64,000 nucleotides of DNA, taken from NCBI GenBank assembly GCA_043719295.1, contig JAYSUD010000005.1, positions 31,651 to 95,650 on the forward strand, written 5' to 3'. How positions within the stretch are numbered: the stretch's first letter is position 1; every line of letters starts with the position of its first letter. Positions 38,832-47,966 of the stretch are shown piece by piece. The notes beneath the pieces are model-generated. The model made no database searches. It worked only from the letters and a program-made list of their open reading frames with translations, and was not told the origin of the DNA. A program made the translations under genes and the position numbers. This DNA is from a bacterium (GTDB taxonomy: Bacteria > Patescibacteriota > Minisyncoccia > Phycocordibacterales > UBA918).

Positions 38832-41318
38832 TTATTCAGCTTCAGTATTAGCAGTGTCTGTATCACCCACAGTATTAACTGGAGTCACCAAAGATGTATC
38901 AGGCACCTTGGTTGTTGTTACTACATCATCTTCTGCAGTTACTGTTTTAGGCTCGACAATCTGTCCACTTGTTTGTTCTACTTGCGTAAACGGTACACCC
39001 GATTTAATTTGTGCAATCAAGTCAATGACTGTTTGATTTCCAGGATTAAGTTCAAGCACCACTTCCAATTGTTCAACTGCCTTCTGTATATCTCCTTTTT
39101 GTGCGTATACCAACGCGAGATTATAGCGGGCATTTGCGTAGCCTGTGTTTAAAGCAATTGCACGTTCAAATGCTGCAATAGCTCCGTCATTATTTTTTTC
39201 TACCGACAACAAAACTCCGAGTTGGTAATATCGTGCAGGATTATTGGGCTCAAGTGAAATAATTGCTTGTGTTGTTTTAATTGCATTAGCAGTTTTACCT
39301 TGTGCGATATCAATTTGTGAAAGAAATAAGAGTGCTTCCGTGTAGTTAGATTTCAATGCAATTGCTTCTTCAGTACTTTTACGCGCCCCCTCTAAGTCAC
39401 CTGATCGTGATGCAAGTTGTGCTTCTAAGAGTGCGTAGAGTGGATTAGTAGGGTCAAGTGCACGTGCTTTTTTAAATACCTCAGCTGACCTTTCCTTTGA
39501 ACCTTCAATATTAGCGCCGGTAAGTAAACTTAGGATACTTCCAAGTGTTGACCAAGAGAGTGCATCAGTTGGATCTTTATCAGCAACAATTTGAGCTGCA
39601 GTAATTGCGTTATAGATACTAGATTGCAATTCTTGTTCTTGCTGTGGAGTCAATTTTTCAATACCAATAAGTGCATTTACTTTTGAAAATTGATAGAGCG
39701 CAAGTTGTTGTGCATATGACTCATTTTTTGATGTAGTGTATATTGCTGCAACCGTAGTTTCAAATTGATCAATAGCTATTCCACTTTGTAGTTGTGACAC
39801 CGCCTTTCCAAAAGAATACGCCGATGAATAATGCTGACCAATATAATAGAGCGCACTTGTTGAACCAACGATGATAACCATCACAATACCTACAAGTACA
39901 AAACCAGCGCGTTTATTTGAGACGATTGAAAATGCAATTGGTTTAAACCCAACAAGTGCTCCGTACGCGGTAAATGAGATGCTTGTAAAAAGTGCTGCAA
40001 GCAACAAAATTGTTGCTCCAGGAACATATACAAAAGACATACCCCATAAATATAAAGCACCAACAAAAGATGATGAGCCTATAAAGTACCAAAATCTATC
40101 CACACGAGTTGAGGTAAAGAGCATGCGGAAGCCACTTTGTAGAAACAGGCCAATGAACGCAACCCATGCAAGTACACCTAAAATACCTGTAGTTACAAAA
40201 AGAGTGGTGAGATAGCCACTTGCCCCGGGAAAATCAGTAGCCCAGAACACCGTTTGGTTAATGGAAGGATCTTTATAGAGTCTCCATGCATCAACAAATT
40301 TATTTGGACCAACACCCAAGAGCGCATTCTCACTATAGACATTTTGAGCTATGTCGGTAGTTGCTTCAAAAGATGGTCGTACTTCAACATACGAGATACC
40401 TGTAAACTTTGAAATATATCCCCCAACTGCACCGCCTCCAATAATAAATACAACTGATACTACAAAAACACACATTGAAAGAATCAACGACTGCAGTGAC
40501 ACTGTACTTTTTTTCCCTTCTAACGTGAGTGTTTTCTCAGCAAACCTATCCTTTGTAAGACTGTACATAAGTACAATCAAACTTACTAAACCAAGTACTA
40601 TCCAAACACCGAAGAAATTAACTACTCCAAGCATGCAGAGCGATACCAAGACTACAATGGAAAACAACCACTTCCCTGGACGGGTTAATGGAAGTTGTTC
40701 AAGCGCAACAAGTGATAACAAAATTGAAAGGCCAAAAAATAGCGCAAGGTCATTCCAACCTCCTACAGGTGTCTGTACGATATTTGTAAACACCCCAAAT
40801 GAGAGAAAGGAAGAGTCTACAATTATCCGTGAGAGATGAAACAATCCAAGTGCAAGTGAACTTCCGGTAAGGAGAATATAAAGACGCATGATTGTCGACT
40901 TTGAGTGACCTAAGAGCGGTGATATTGAAGCGACAAGCGCTAATACGACTACAAAAAGTCCTGTATGTACACCAAAGTCATCTCCAAAAAAAGAATCCCT
41001 CATGTCACCTGAAAGAAGAGATGAAATGACGGTTACTAACGCCACCAACCAGAAAGCACCAAGTGCCCAGGGTACACTCATGTATATTTTTCCCGAACGC
41101 AATACTGTAAGACTAAAGAAAACAACGGCAATAAGTATCCCAATAATAACAAGGACTGTTTTAATGTACCCAAGCGATAAAAATGAAATCGGTAAAAAAA
41201 ACAACGGAAGGAGACCAAATACAAACACAATAGTATTTTGAGAAATACTCCGTAACGATGACTCAATTGGATCACTCTGAACATCTTCTTCTCTTGACAA
41301 CATTGATTCCTGCATAGT
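38832..41318 (-). CDS. polytopic membrane protein with O-antigen-ligase-like core and C-terminal TPR repeats
   Basis: about 12 TM segments then about 6 TPR repeats; track start 41531 runs through the R2 palindrome, Met at 41318 (MQESMLSREE) preferred. Confidence 0.55.
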   Translation of the reverse strand, partial: TMQESMLSREEDVQSDPIESSLRSISQNTIVFVFGLLPLFFLPISFLSLGYIKTVLVIIGILIAVVFFSLTVLRSGKIYMSVPWALGAFWLVALVTVISSLLSGDMRDSFFGDDFGVHTGLFVVVLALVASISPLLGHSKSTIMRLYILLTGSSLALGLFHLSRIIVDSSFLSFGVFTNIVQTPVGGWNDLALFFGLSILLSLVALEQLPLTRPGKWLFSIVVLVSLCMLGVVNFFGVWIVLGLVSLIVLMYSLTKDRFAEKTLTLEGKKSTVSLQSLILSMCVFVVSVVFIIGGGAVGGYISKFTGISYVEVRPSFEATTDIAQNVYSENALLGVGPNKFVDAWRLYKDPSINQTVFWATDFPGASGYLTTLFVTTGILGVLAWVAFIGLFLQSGFRMLFTSTRVDRFWYFIGSSSFVGALYLWGMSFVYVPGATILLLAALFTSISFTAYGALVGFKPIAFSIVSNKRAGFVLVGIVMVIIVGSTSALYYIGQHYSSAYSFGKAVSQLQSGIAIDQFETTVAAIYTTSKNESYAQQLALYQFSKVNALIGIEKLTPQQEQELQSSIYNAITAAQIVADKDPTDALSWSTLGSILSLLTGANIEGSKERSAEVFKKARALDPTNPLYALLEAQLASRSGDLEGARKSTEEAIALKSNYTEALLFLSQIDIAQGKTANAIKTTQAIISLEPNNPARYYQLGVLLSVEKNNDGAIAAFERAIALNTGYANARYNLALVYAQKGDIQKAVEQLEVVLELNPGNQTVIDLIAQIKSGVPFTQVEQTSGQIVEPKTVTAEDDVVTTTKVPDTSLVTPVNTVGDTDTANTEAE

Positions 41319-41470
41319 AAAAAACAACACGGTTACCCCTCTTATAATGTATCTATAGGATACCATGAAGCGAGTCTGCACTATATGCAAAATCAAGTAA
41401 AAGTGGGAGTACAAAACAACAAAAAAACCCCAAAAGGGATTTTTTGTACGCGATAAGCCGGGTTCTGTCC

Positions 41471-41523
41471 CAGTGAAATACAAAGGCAAAGCCTTTGTCT
41501 GCGCAAAGCGCATTTCACCGGGG
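41471..41523 (+). repeat. R2 compound palindrome, copy a
   Basis: cagtgaaat-ACAAAGGCaaaGCCTTTGT-cTGCGCaaaGCGCA-atttcaccgg. Confidence 0.6.
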
Positions 41524-41774
41524 ATGATCATATATCTGTGAACTACATTACTGTAGAACTATAGCGGCTCTCCAAGTGAAGTATAAAAAACAAAGTTTTT
41601 TATCAAGCGCAAGCGCACTTCACCCGGCACGGCCTTGCACGCAAGTAAGGATTTAGCCGTTTCACCTTGTACGTTGCCGTACAAGCTCATCAACACTTTC
41701 ATAGTCCCTACGCATATGGCACACTTCTTCGTTGTAGTGGAAACAAATAATTTGTCTTCATTACATGAACGGTT

Positions 41775-41843
41775 CAGGTTGTAAGATATTTTTACAAAAT
41801 ATCGACAACCTTTTGAATAATGACATCGAGTCATTATTCAACC
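41775..41843 (+). repeat. double-hairpin repeat R1, copy 3
   Basis: caggttgtaagatatttttacaaaatatcgacaacc + tgaataatgacatcgagtcattattca (compensatory changes relative to copy 2). Confidence 0.7.
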
Positions 41844-42056
41844 TCGAATTGCACTCATCTGCGTAGGGACTATTTCATGTTGATGTCTCTTTCTTTCGAT
41901 TAAGACGTCTCTGCTCGCACCTCTTGGAATGAAATATAGAAGCGAAGCTTTTATATTTCATTCCACGATGGGAATTACCCACTACCTTTTTTGATTCTCT
42001 ACGCACCTTTCATGAAGAAAAATGAGTTTCAAAAAAACGTGCCCGGACTTTCCTCC

Positions 42057-42108
42057 CGGTGAAATATAAAGGCAAAGCCTTTATTAGCGCAAAGCGCATT
42101 TCACTGGG
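42057..42108 (+). repeat. R2 compound palindrome, copy b
   Basis: cggtgaaat-ATAAAGGCaaaGCCTTTAT-tAGCGCaaaGCGCA-tttcactgg; covaries with copy a. Confidence 0.6.
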
Positions 42109-42146
42109 CGATCATCTGCGTTTTAATATTATACAACAAAAACTCG

Positions 42147-42659
42147 CTATTGCAAACTCTTTTCGATATCTTTTGGCAAGATCCCCGGTGGCAACACAAG
42201 TCTGTCACCTATAGCCACTTTTGTTGTTGATACAAAAAATGCATTTACTTCAAGCACAAACCGAGCAGGTTCTTTGGATGCGTACACCCTTGGGTATGTA
42301 GAAGGATCAACATTTTCTGCAATATCTATCACGGTTAGATTTTTATCAATCCAAATAATATCAATGGGAAACAACATGTCCTTCATCCAAATGCCATGTT
42401 TATCATCGGTATCAAAAATAAACAATTTTCCATTAAAATCTCCAAGTGAAGTGACAGAGCTTAACCCCTGTATTCTTTCACTTTGTTCATCTGCAACGGT
42501 AACATTAAGTGCCTTCGAACCAAGGTAAATTGTGTATTCAACATCAGTACCGAAAATTGCATGCATGAGCGTATCCCAATACTGGGTATATAAAAAGAGA
42601 CCTGTAAAAAACAGTACTATGATAATAAATATATCGAGCAATATTTTCATGAGTGACAC
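42147..42659 (-). CDS. DUF192 (COG1430) secreted protein
   Basis: signal/TM then GLS...LFIFD...GIWMKDMLFPIDIIWID... DUF192 core. Confidence 0.6.
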   Translation of the reverse strand: MSLMKILLDIFIIIVLFFTGLFLYTQYWDTLMHAIFGTDVEYTIYLGSKALNVTVADEQSERIQGLSSVTSLGDFNGKLFIFDTDDKHGIWMKDMLFPIDIIWIDKNLTVIDIAENVDPSTYPRVYASKEPARFVLEVNAFFVSTTKVAIGDRLVLPPGILPKDIEKSLQ

Positions 42660-43064
42660 TTACACTATTAGAGAGCGTATAAAAACTGCGACACTTGCCA
42701 CAAATGCTCCGAGGAATGTCCCCCACATAATATCAACAATAGACAATGATAGTGGCCACGATTTGAGTGTTGCAAGATTAGTTAGATCGTAAGTGACATA
42801 CGTAAAAAAACCAAATAGACCTCCGAGGATAACAGCAGTTGCAAGAGTGCCTTTAGTTGCAGCGGGATATGTTGCAAAAAAAGTTAACCCAAGAAGAAAG
42901 AGTGCATAAAACAGAAGTGCCGCAACCCATACAATGTCCCCCATTAAGTGACCAACTTGAGCTCGATAAAATCCTTTTGCAATAAATCCAAGCCACAGTA
43001 AGTCACAGAGTAAAAACAGCGGAAATGAAATTGCGTATAGTGTTAAAAAAGTTTGAAGTTGCAT
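42660..43064 (-). CDS. DUF2177-like 4-TM membrane protein
   Basis: 134 aa, four TM helices; start overlaps the DUF192 stop. Confidence 0.45.
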   Translation of the reverse strand: MQLQTFLTLYAISFPLFLLCDLLWLGFIAKGFYRAQVGHLMGDIVWVAALLFYALFLLGLTFFATYPAATKGTLATAVILGGLFGFFTYVTYDLTNLATLKSWPLSLSIVDIMWGTFLGAFVASVAVFIRSLIV

Positions 43065-43128
43065 TACTCTAGTATACCCTAGCTTTGGTATTTAAAAGTT
43101 ACATTACGGGATACGTACTGTGCTGGTA

Positions 43129-43884
43129 CTACAGAGCATTAGGATGCTGTATTGACCACGCATAAAAAACTACTGATGCTGAAGCTGAAGCATTAAGTGA
43201 TTCGCAACGTTTGTGCATAGGGATAGAAATAATACTGTCGCAGTGCTCCTTAGTCTTTTCTCGTATTCCCTCTCCTTCATTGCCAAGTACAAAAACTGAC
43301 GGTTTTGTAAACTGTTCTTGCGGTAGCGATACGTCGCTGTCTTCCCCATCAAGACCATAGACCCAAAAACCATCTTTTTTGAGATCTTCAATTGCACGGT
43401 TGACGTTTGGTACTTCAACAAGGGGTATCTTAAACGCCATACCTACTGAGACTTTCACAACAGTACCCGTTACCCCAGCCTGTCGATGTTTTGGAATCAA
43501 AACTGCTGTAATTCCTAAACCAGCAGCAGAACGAATCACCGCTCCAACATTATGTGGGTCTTGAACTTCACCCAAGAGTGCAAGCGCGGTATCAGTATTC
43601 ACTGTAAGTGTTTGTCTAAAATCATCAAAAGAGAGAACAAGTTTTTCCTTATCAATTTTTGCAATAAAACCCTGATGTACCGCATGTCTATCTACTTCAC
43701 GTGGAATATAATCTCCTTGAAAAAGGCTTACTTTTTTAATTGACTGTAGCAGTGTCGGTTTCACCTCAGATTGTACATCCTCACGTAAAAAAACTTCAAA
43801 GACAACATCCGGTCGAAATGTTAAGGCTTCTGATACAGCATGTTTACCATAAATCCAAATGTATTTATCTTCTTCTTGTTGCAT
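43129..43884 (-). CDS. SpoU/TrmH-family rRNA 2'-O-methyltransferase (RlmB-like)
   Basis: N-terminal substrate-binding domain plus SPOUT motifs (VFVLGNEGEGI, ISIPM). Confidence 0.75.
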   Translation of the reverse strand: MQQEEDKYIWIYGKHAVSEALTFRPDVVFEVFLREDVQSEVKPTLLQSIKKVSLFQGDYIPREVDRHAVHQGFIAKIDKEKLVLSFDDFRQTLTVNTDTALALLGEVQDPHNVGAVIRSAAGLGITAVLIPKHRQAGVTGTVVKVSVGMAFKIPLVEVPNVNRAIEDLKKDGFWVYGLDGEDSDVSLPQEQFTKPSVFVLGNEGEGIREKTKEHCDSIISIPMHKRCESLNASASASVVFYAWSIQHPNAL

Positions 43885-43935
43885 AGTGAGAGAACAATAC
43901 CGAGCATTTGCAATTATAGCAAGTTCTGTGTTCTA

Positions 43936-44685
43936 ATGCAGACATTCACACATATGGCACGACATGTTAAAAACCACAAACGAAGCCGTCACGGAACAGC
44001 CTTCTGGGACCAAGAGTATGCCAAGCCTGAGCACTTGGCTCTTTCAACGGAGGTTAGTGAGGACTTAGAAAAGTTTACGCGGTGGCTTGAACGTCAGACA
44101 AAACGTACATTGTTAAACCCAGCATGCTCTGCAATTGACTTTGGCTGTGGAAATGGAAGAAACCTCATATACCTTGCGCAACAATTCGGGATGCACGGTA
44201 TTGGATACGACTCTTCATCTGCTGCTATTGCTGAAGCAAACCGACTCTCAACAGAATTACAATTAAAGTACCAAACCCGTTCTATTGCAGGAGTGTTTAA
44301 TGACATTAAAGACGATTCACAAACACTCGCACTAGATATGATGAGCTCACACTTTCTTAAGAAGGATGAACGTACCCTCTTACGTGATGAAATCCATCGC
44401 ACACTTAAACCAGGAGGTTACTTGTTTATGAAAACGTTTGTAAGTGACGGAGACTTACACACCAAACGGCTTATTGCAGAACAGCCTGGAAAAGAAGAAG
44501 GTTCATATATACACCCTGTTATAGGTGTCCAAGAATTTGTCTACAGCGAAGAAGGACTCTATGCATTTTTAAGTGAAAAATTCATTGTGCACAAAATCTA
44601 CCTTTCGCATAAACATGCATTACGAAGGAAGGCACGTAAACGACGAACTATCTCTGTGTATGCCGAAAAAGACCCCTACCTTTAG
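43936..44685 (+). CDS. class I SAM-dependent methyltransferase
   Basis: motif I DFGCGNGRN; track start 43840 overlaps rlmB, internal Met preferred. Confidence 0.65.
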   Translation: MQTFTHMARHVKNHKRSRHGTAFWDQEYAKPEHLALSTEVSEDLEKFTRWLERQTKRTLLNPACSAIDFGCGNGRNLIYLAQQFGMHGIGYDSSSAAIAEANRLSTELQLKYQTRSIAGVFNDIKDDSQTLALDMMSSHFLKKDERTLLRDEIHRTLKPGGYLFMKTFVSDGDLHTKRLIAEQPGKEEGSYIHPVIGVQEFVYSEEGLYAFLSEKFIVHKIYLSHKHALRRKARKRRTISVYAEKDPYL

Positions 44686-44901
44686 AACATGCCCGAAATT
44701 CTCATCAACTGCGTTACTTCATAAAAAATATCAGTCACCGTACTCCACGTACGGCTTCTTCTATTTTTTACTTGCGCCTTGTTGCTAAAAATTTCTGACA
44801 CGTTCTAATCATCTCGAGCATCTTGGAAATACTAAGAGTCACTTGCAAGTAGACATAGAAAAAGCCGGTGCTTTCGCACCGGCTTTTTCTATTCACAAAG
44901 C

Positions 44902-45099
44902 TTACGCTCGTGAAACATTTCCTGCAGCTGGTCCCTTAGGGCCATCTACAATATCAAATGTTACAGCATCTCCCTCTCGTAGGTCGTTGAATTCAACGCC
45001 GTTAAGATCTTTAGCGTGGAAGAAAACATCTTTCTGTCCATCGTCTGGAGTAATAAAACCGAAACCTCGGTCTGTAACACGTGCAATTTTACCTGTCAT
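44902..45099 (-). CDS. cspA: cold-shock protein
   Basis: GKIARVTDRGFGFI RNP1 and VFFH RNP2; hairpin terminator 44860-44895. Confidence 0.85.
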   Translation of the reverse strand: MTGKIARVTDRGFGFITPDDGQKDVFFHAKDLNGVEFNDLREGDAVTFDIVDGPKGPAAGNVSRA

Positions 45100-45271
45100 C
45101 TTGTTTTTTGTTTATTTACTTATATACAAAGTGCTGCTGAGCCTGATCTACTTTTTGAGCGATTCTCAAGTGGAGCTTTGCTTTGTTGCCAAGAATTATA
45201 GCATACCTATACCAAAAAAGCAACAAATTATTTCACTAAATGGGCCCTTAAACAAGGCTCTGCTCCTTGTT

Positions 45272-46372
45272 CTAAAATATCCATTTTTGCAACTTCCATC
45301 CATTCCCATGTGAAAGTAAACCGAGATACGATTGGACCACAGCATCTTTGTATTCTGATTCTTTGAGCTTTCGTTCCATCCGGTTCCTGCTTGTTGTACG
45401 AAGCACTCTATGGTGCGGAAAATGTACCCACCCAAGAAAATCAACTCCTGAGGCGTGGGTAGAAATGGAAACTTTGTGTGGATGCAACTCAAGTCTTAAT
45501 GTAACCTCCAGAAATAGTACGATATATCGTACTATTTCTGCAAGGTATTTTTTATCCTGTGAGAGAAAAACAAAGTCATCGGCATAACGGATGTACTGTT
45601 TTACACTTAGTGTATGTTTTACAAACTGGTCAAATTCGTTCATGTATATATTTACGAGTAATTGTGACGTGAGATTGCCTAAAGGTAACCCTTTAGACGT
45701 TGAGCAAGGACTAACTTTGTTCACGACATCTTCATCAGTATTTGTTTTAAAGCTTTTAATTACATCTCCAAGAAGGGATAGGATATCAGTGTCAACGATA
45801 TGTCGTTTTAAAATCTCCATCAAAATTTCCTGATCAATACTTGCGAAAAACTTTCTGATGTCACATTTCAATACCCAACAAGTTTTAGTATAGTTCTTTG
45901 ACACTTTGTGTGCAAAGTTTCTAAACTGATTAATTGCTTTATGGGTTCCCTTTCCATTTCTGCACGAGTAAGAATCGTGAATAAATGTTGTGTCAAAATA
46001 TGGATACAGTTTACGGTAGAGTGCATGGTGAAGTAGTCGGTCACGTACACTTGCTTTATGAATATCACGTGGTTTTGGGTCGTTGATTTTAAATGCTTCG
46101 TATCCACCATGGCCGTACGTCTTTGCTTTTAAGTCGTTGTGAAGCGAAAGAATATTGCTCATCAGATTATATTGAAACTCTTGTACATCAGCTTTCTTTC
46201 GTTTACCTCGTACAAACTCCCTCCATGCAAGAAGTAAATTTTCTACAGAAATGATATCCTCATAGGTATGAGTGAAAAGAGTTTTGACAGTAAAGTCACC
46301 CCCCCCCGACGCAATCTCCTTCCCATTTTGGAGCGTATCAAAGAGTCCTATTTGTTTTGGCATAATTGCCAT
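45272..46372 (-). CDS. diversity-generating retroelement reverse transcriptase
   Basis: RT motifs 0-7 including YADD (YIRYADDFVFL) and the DGR-specific [L/I]GxxxSQ motif (LPLGNLTSQLLVNIYMNEF) in place of QGxxxSP; 366 aa without a maturase domain. Confidence 0.8.
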   Translation of the reverse strand: MAIMPKQIGLFDTLQNGKEIASGGGDFTVKTLFTHTYEDIISVENLLLAWREFVRGKRKKADVQEFQYNLMSNILSLHNDLKAKTYGHGGYEAFKINDPKPRDIHKASVRDRLLHHALYRKLYPYFDTTFIHDSYSCRNGKGTHKAINQFRNFAHKVSKNYTKTCWVLKCDIRKFFASIDQEILMEILKRHIVDTDILSLLGDVIKSFKTNTDEDVVNKVSPCSTSKGLPLGNLTSQLLVNIYMNEFDQFVKHTLSVKQYIRYADDFVFLSQDKKYLAEIVRYIVLFLEVTLRLELHPHKVSISTHASGVDFLGWVHFPHHRVLRTTSRNRMERKLKESEYKDAVVQSYLGLLSHGNGWKLQKWIF

Positions 46373-46666
46373 TCTACCTTACCGAAGACACACAGACATA
46401 CCCTTGGGAACAGAATTGATACTTTATATATTGAACTTATCGAAGCCGTCTCTGCTGCAGCCTTTCTTTCTAAGACAGAAAAACTTCCGTTCTTGCGTCT
46501 TGCGATACGCAAGCGTGACACGCTGACATTGTTACTTGTGATTCTTTTTGAAACAAAGTCGCTTGATATGAAGAAATTCATAAGCATATCAACTCAACTT
46601 GAAGACATTGGCAAGATGTTAGGAGGATGGATTGGGCAAGTAGAAAAACAAACACTTCCCCATTAG
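46268..46666 (+). CDS. avd: Avd-like DGR accessory protein (four-helix bundle), opposite strand to the RT
   Basis: ERIKESYLFW...LPKTHRHTLGNRI...EDIGKMLGGWIGQV parallels Bordetella-phage Avd (ERYERVISYLYP...IPRKHG...EVGRILGSWIARV); overlaps the RT N-terminus by about 100 bp, antisense. Confidence 0.6.
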   Translation: MSEKSFDSKVTPPRRNLLPILERIKESYLFWHNCHSTLPKTHRHTLGNRIDTLYIELIEAVSAAAFLSKTEKLPFLRLAIRKRDTLTLLLVILFETKSLDMKKFISISTQLEDIGKMLGGWIGQVEKQTLPH

Positions 46667-46692
46667 TGAAGAAGTGTTTGAAATGAAGCAAG

Positions 46693-46821
46693 TTGCCAGA
46701 AGCGGTGAGACGTTGTTCGCATTGCGATCATTGTCCAGCCAGTTGTAGTTCCAGGTCCATGAGCCGTCGTCGTTCCGATATAGATACAGGAAGTAGGAAT
46801 TGCCATCAGGGTTCCGCAGAA
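46693..46821 (-). repeat. DGR template repeat (TR), 129 bp
   Basis: aligns over 129 bp with VR 47150-47278; 19 mismatches, 18 of them TR-adenine (coding strand) to any base; N/AAC-rich reading frame; the track ORF 46619-46867 is this non-coding TR. Confidence 0.85.
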
Positions 46822-47126
46822 ATGTGTGCAGTGCCATCCATGCCACCACCCATAGTTTGCAGAACAAATTTAGTGTTGAATTTTATGCGGTATTAAAATA
46901 CCAAGGTATCGCACACCAAGTAACTTCATTTTTTGAAGTGTCTTCATACACCATACTATTCCAAACCGTAATCAGAAATATTCAAAATGTATGGATACTG
47001 GATTCGGTTGCAAGAAACCTTAATCGCTCGCATATGCACCTAATACCACTTTAGAGTATATCGTATAAAAAGTTTGACCGCCTCAATTTCTTGAAGCGGT
47101 CAGGGCAAAGTGCCCAAGGGCTAGAG

Positions 47127-47816
47127 CTAAATTGCAGAAGTCAAAGGACTTGCCAGAAGCGGTGAGACGCTGCGCGCACCGCGACCATAGTCCAGCCAGT
47201 AGTAGTCCCAGGCCCACGAGCCGTCGTCGTCCCGACATAGATACAGGAAGCCGGAATAGCCACCAGGGCGCCGCAGAACACTTCCTGCGAATTCCATCCA
47301 TGAAATCCTGTAAGTGTCATACAGGAAACGAAGTGTCGCCTGCCCTTTCTCTTCATGGAGCGCCTGGCCGGTCTTGGCGTCAGGGCGGATCAATCCGCCT
47401 TGCGTCAGACGTGCCAGTTTTTCGACGCCGGTGATAGTCGATTCGCCATCTCTCAGCCCGCTTTCGAAGCGAACGTTCGAGAAGTCGATTTCGGTCAAGA
47501 AGAGCGCACGCTCGTCCTGCTCACCCATTGTCCATCCCGACCCGATAAACTTCTCCGGGTCAAACGGCTTGGTGCGGTCGATCATCAGGGCGCTCGGTCC
47601 TTTGATTTGGAGCCGACAATCGTTCTTGAGGAAGGCGGTCATACGCTTACCGAGTTCGGCAGGCGACAAGTCGACCACTCCACTTTGAAGCACGTCAGGG
47701 TCAAACTGGCCCCAGTCGATGTTCGCTCCAAGTCGAAGTGACAACGCAACTGCCAGGTCACGAGAAACTGCTTTCGTCATGATAGTGTCCTCCACGCGCT
47801 GTGCCATATTCCGCAA
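47127..47816 (-). CDS. DGR target (variable) protein; VR at 47150-47278 encodes the C-terminal about 43 residues
   Basis: C-terminus ...GGYSGFLYLCRDDDGSWAWDYYWLDYGRGARSVSPLLAS corresponds to TR NPDGNSYFLYLYRNDDGSWTWNYNWLDNDRNANNVSPLLA; VR ends 21 nt before the stop, followed by GC hairpin GGGCAaagTGCCC (47104-47117) and terminator 47076-47103; GC-rich relative to neighbours. Confidence 0.8.
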   Translation of the reverse strand: MRNMAQRVEDTIMTKAVSRDLAVALSLRLGANIDWGQFDPDVLQSGVVDLSPAELGKRMTAFLKNDCRLQIKGPSALMIDRTKPFDPEKFIGSGWTMGEQDERALFLTEIDFSNVRFESGLRDGESTITGVEKLARLTQGGLIRPDAKTGQALHEEKGQATLRFLYDTYRISWMEFAGSVLRRPGGYSGFLYLCRDDDGSWAWDYYWLDYGRGARSVSPLLASPLTSAI

Positions 47817-47966
47817 CTTTGCAGAACAGGCTATAACACAATGAAAATGAGCTGTCCTAAAACGTGAAAATCACGTTTCATCAGCCCACCGATACTATAA
47901 CACATTTCTAGCAATTTTGCAACTTCGCTCAAATTAGTTTCTATTCGTAGAATCAAGGGCGTTTGT

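Noticed and set aside
41319-41559. N-terminal extension of the TPR membrane protein ORF and the 91-aa ORF at 41559-41834
   Set aside because: Both read through R2 and R1 palindromic repeats and give low-complexity sequence. An internal Met (41318) gives a sensible start.
45272-46372. Retron or group II intron as the identity of the RT
   Set aside because: No maturase/X domain or intron RNA domains are present. The [L/I]GxxxSQ motif and the A-biased TR/VR pair make a DGR the better explanation.
46619-46867. 82-aa minus-strand ORF resembling the C-terminus of the DGR target
   Set aside because: It is the DGR template repeat. TRs retain ORF-like frames but are non-coding templates, and there is no start context.
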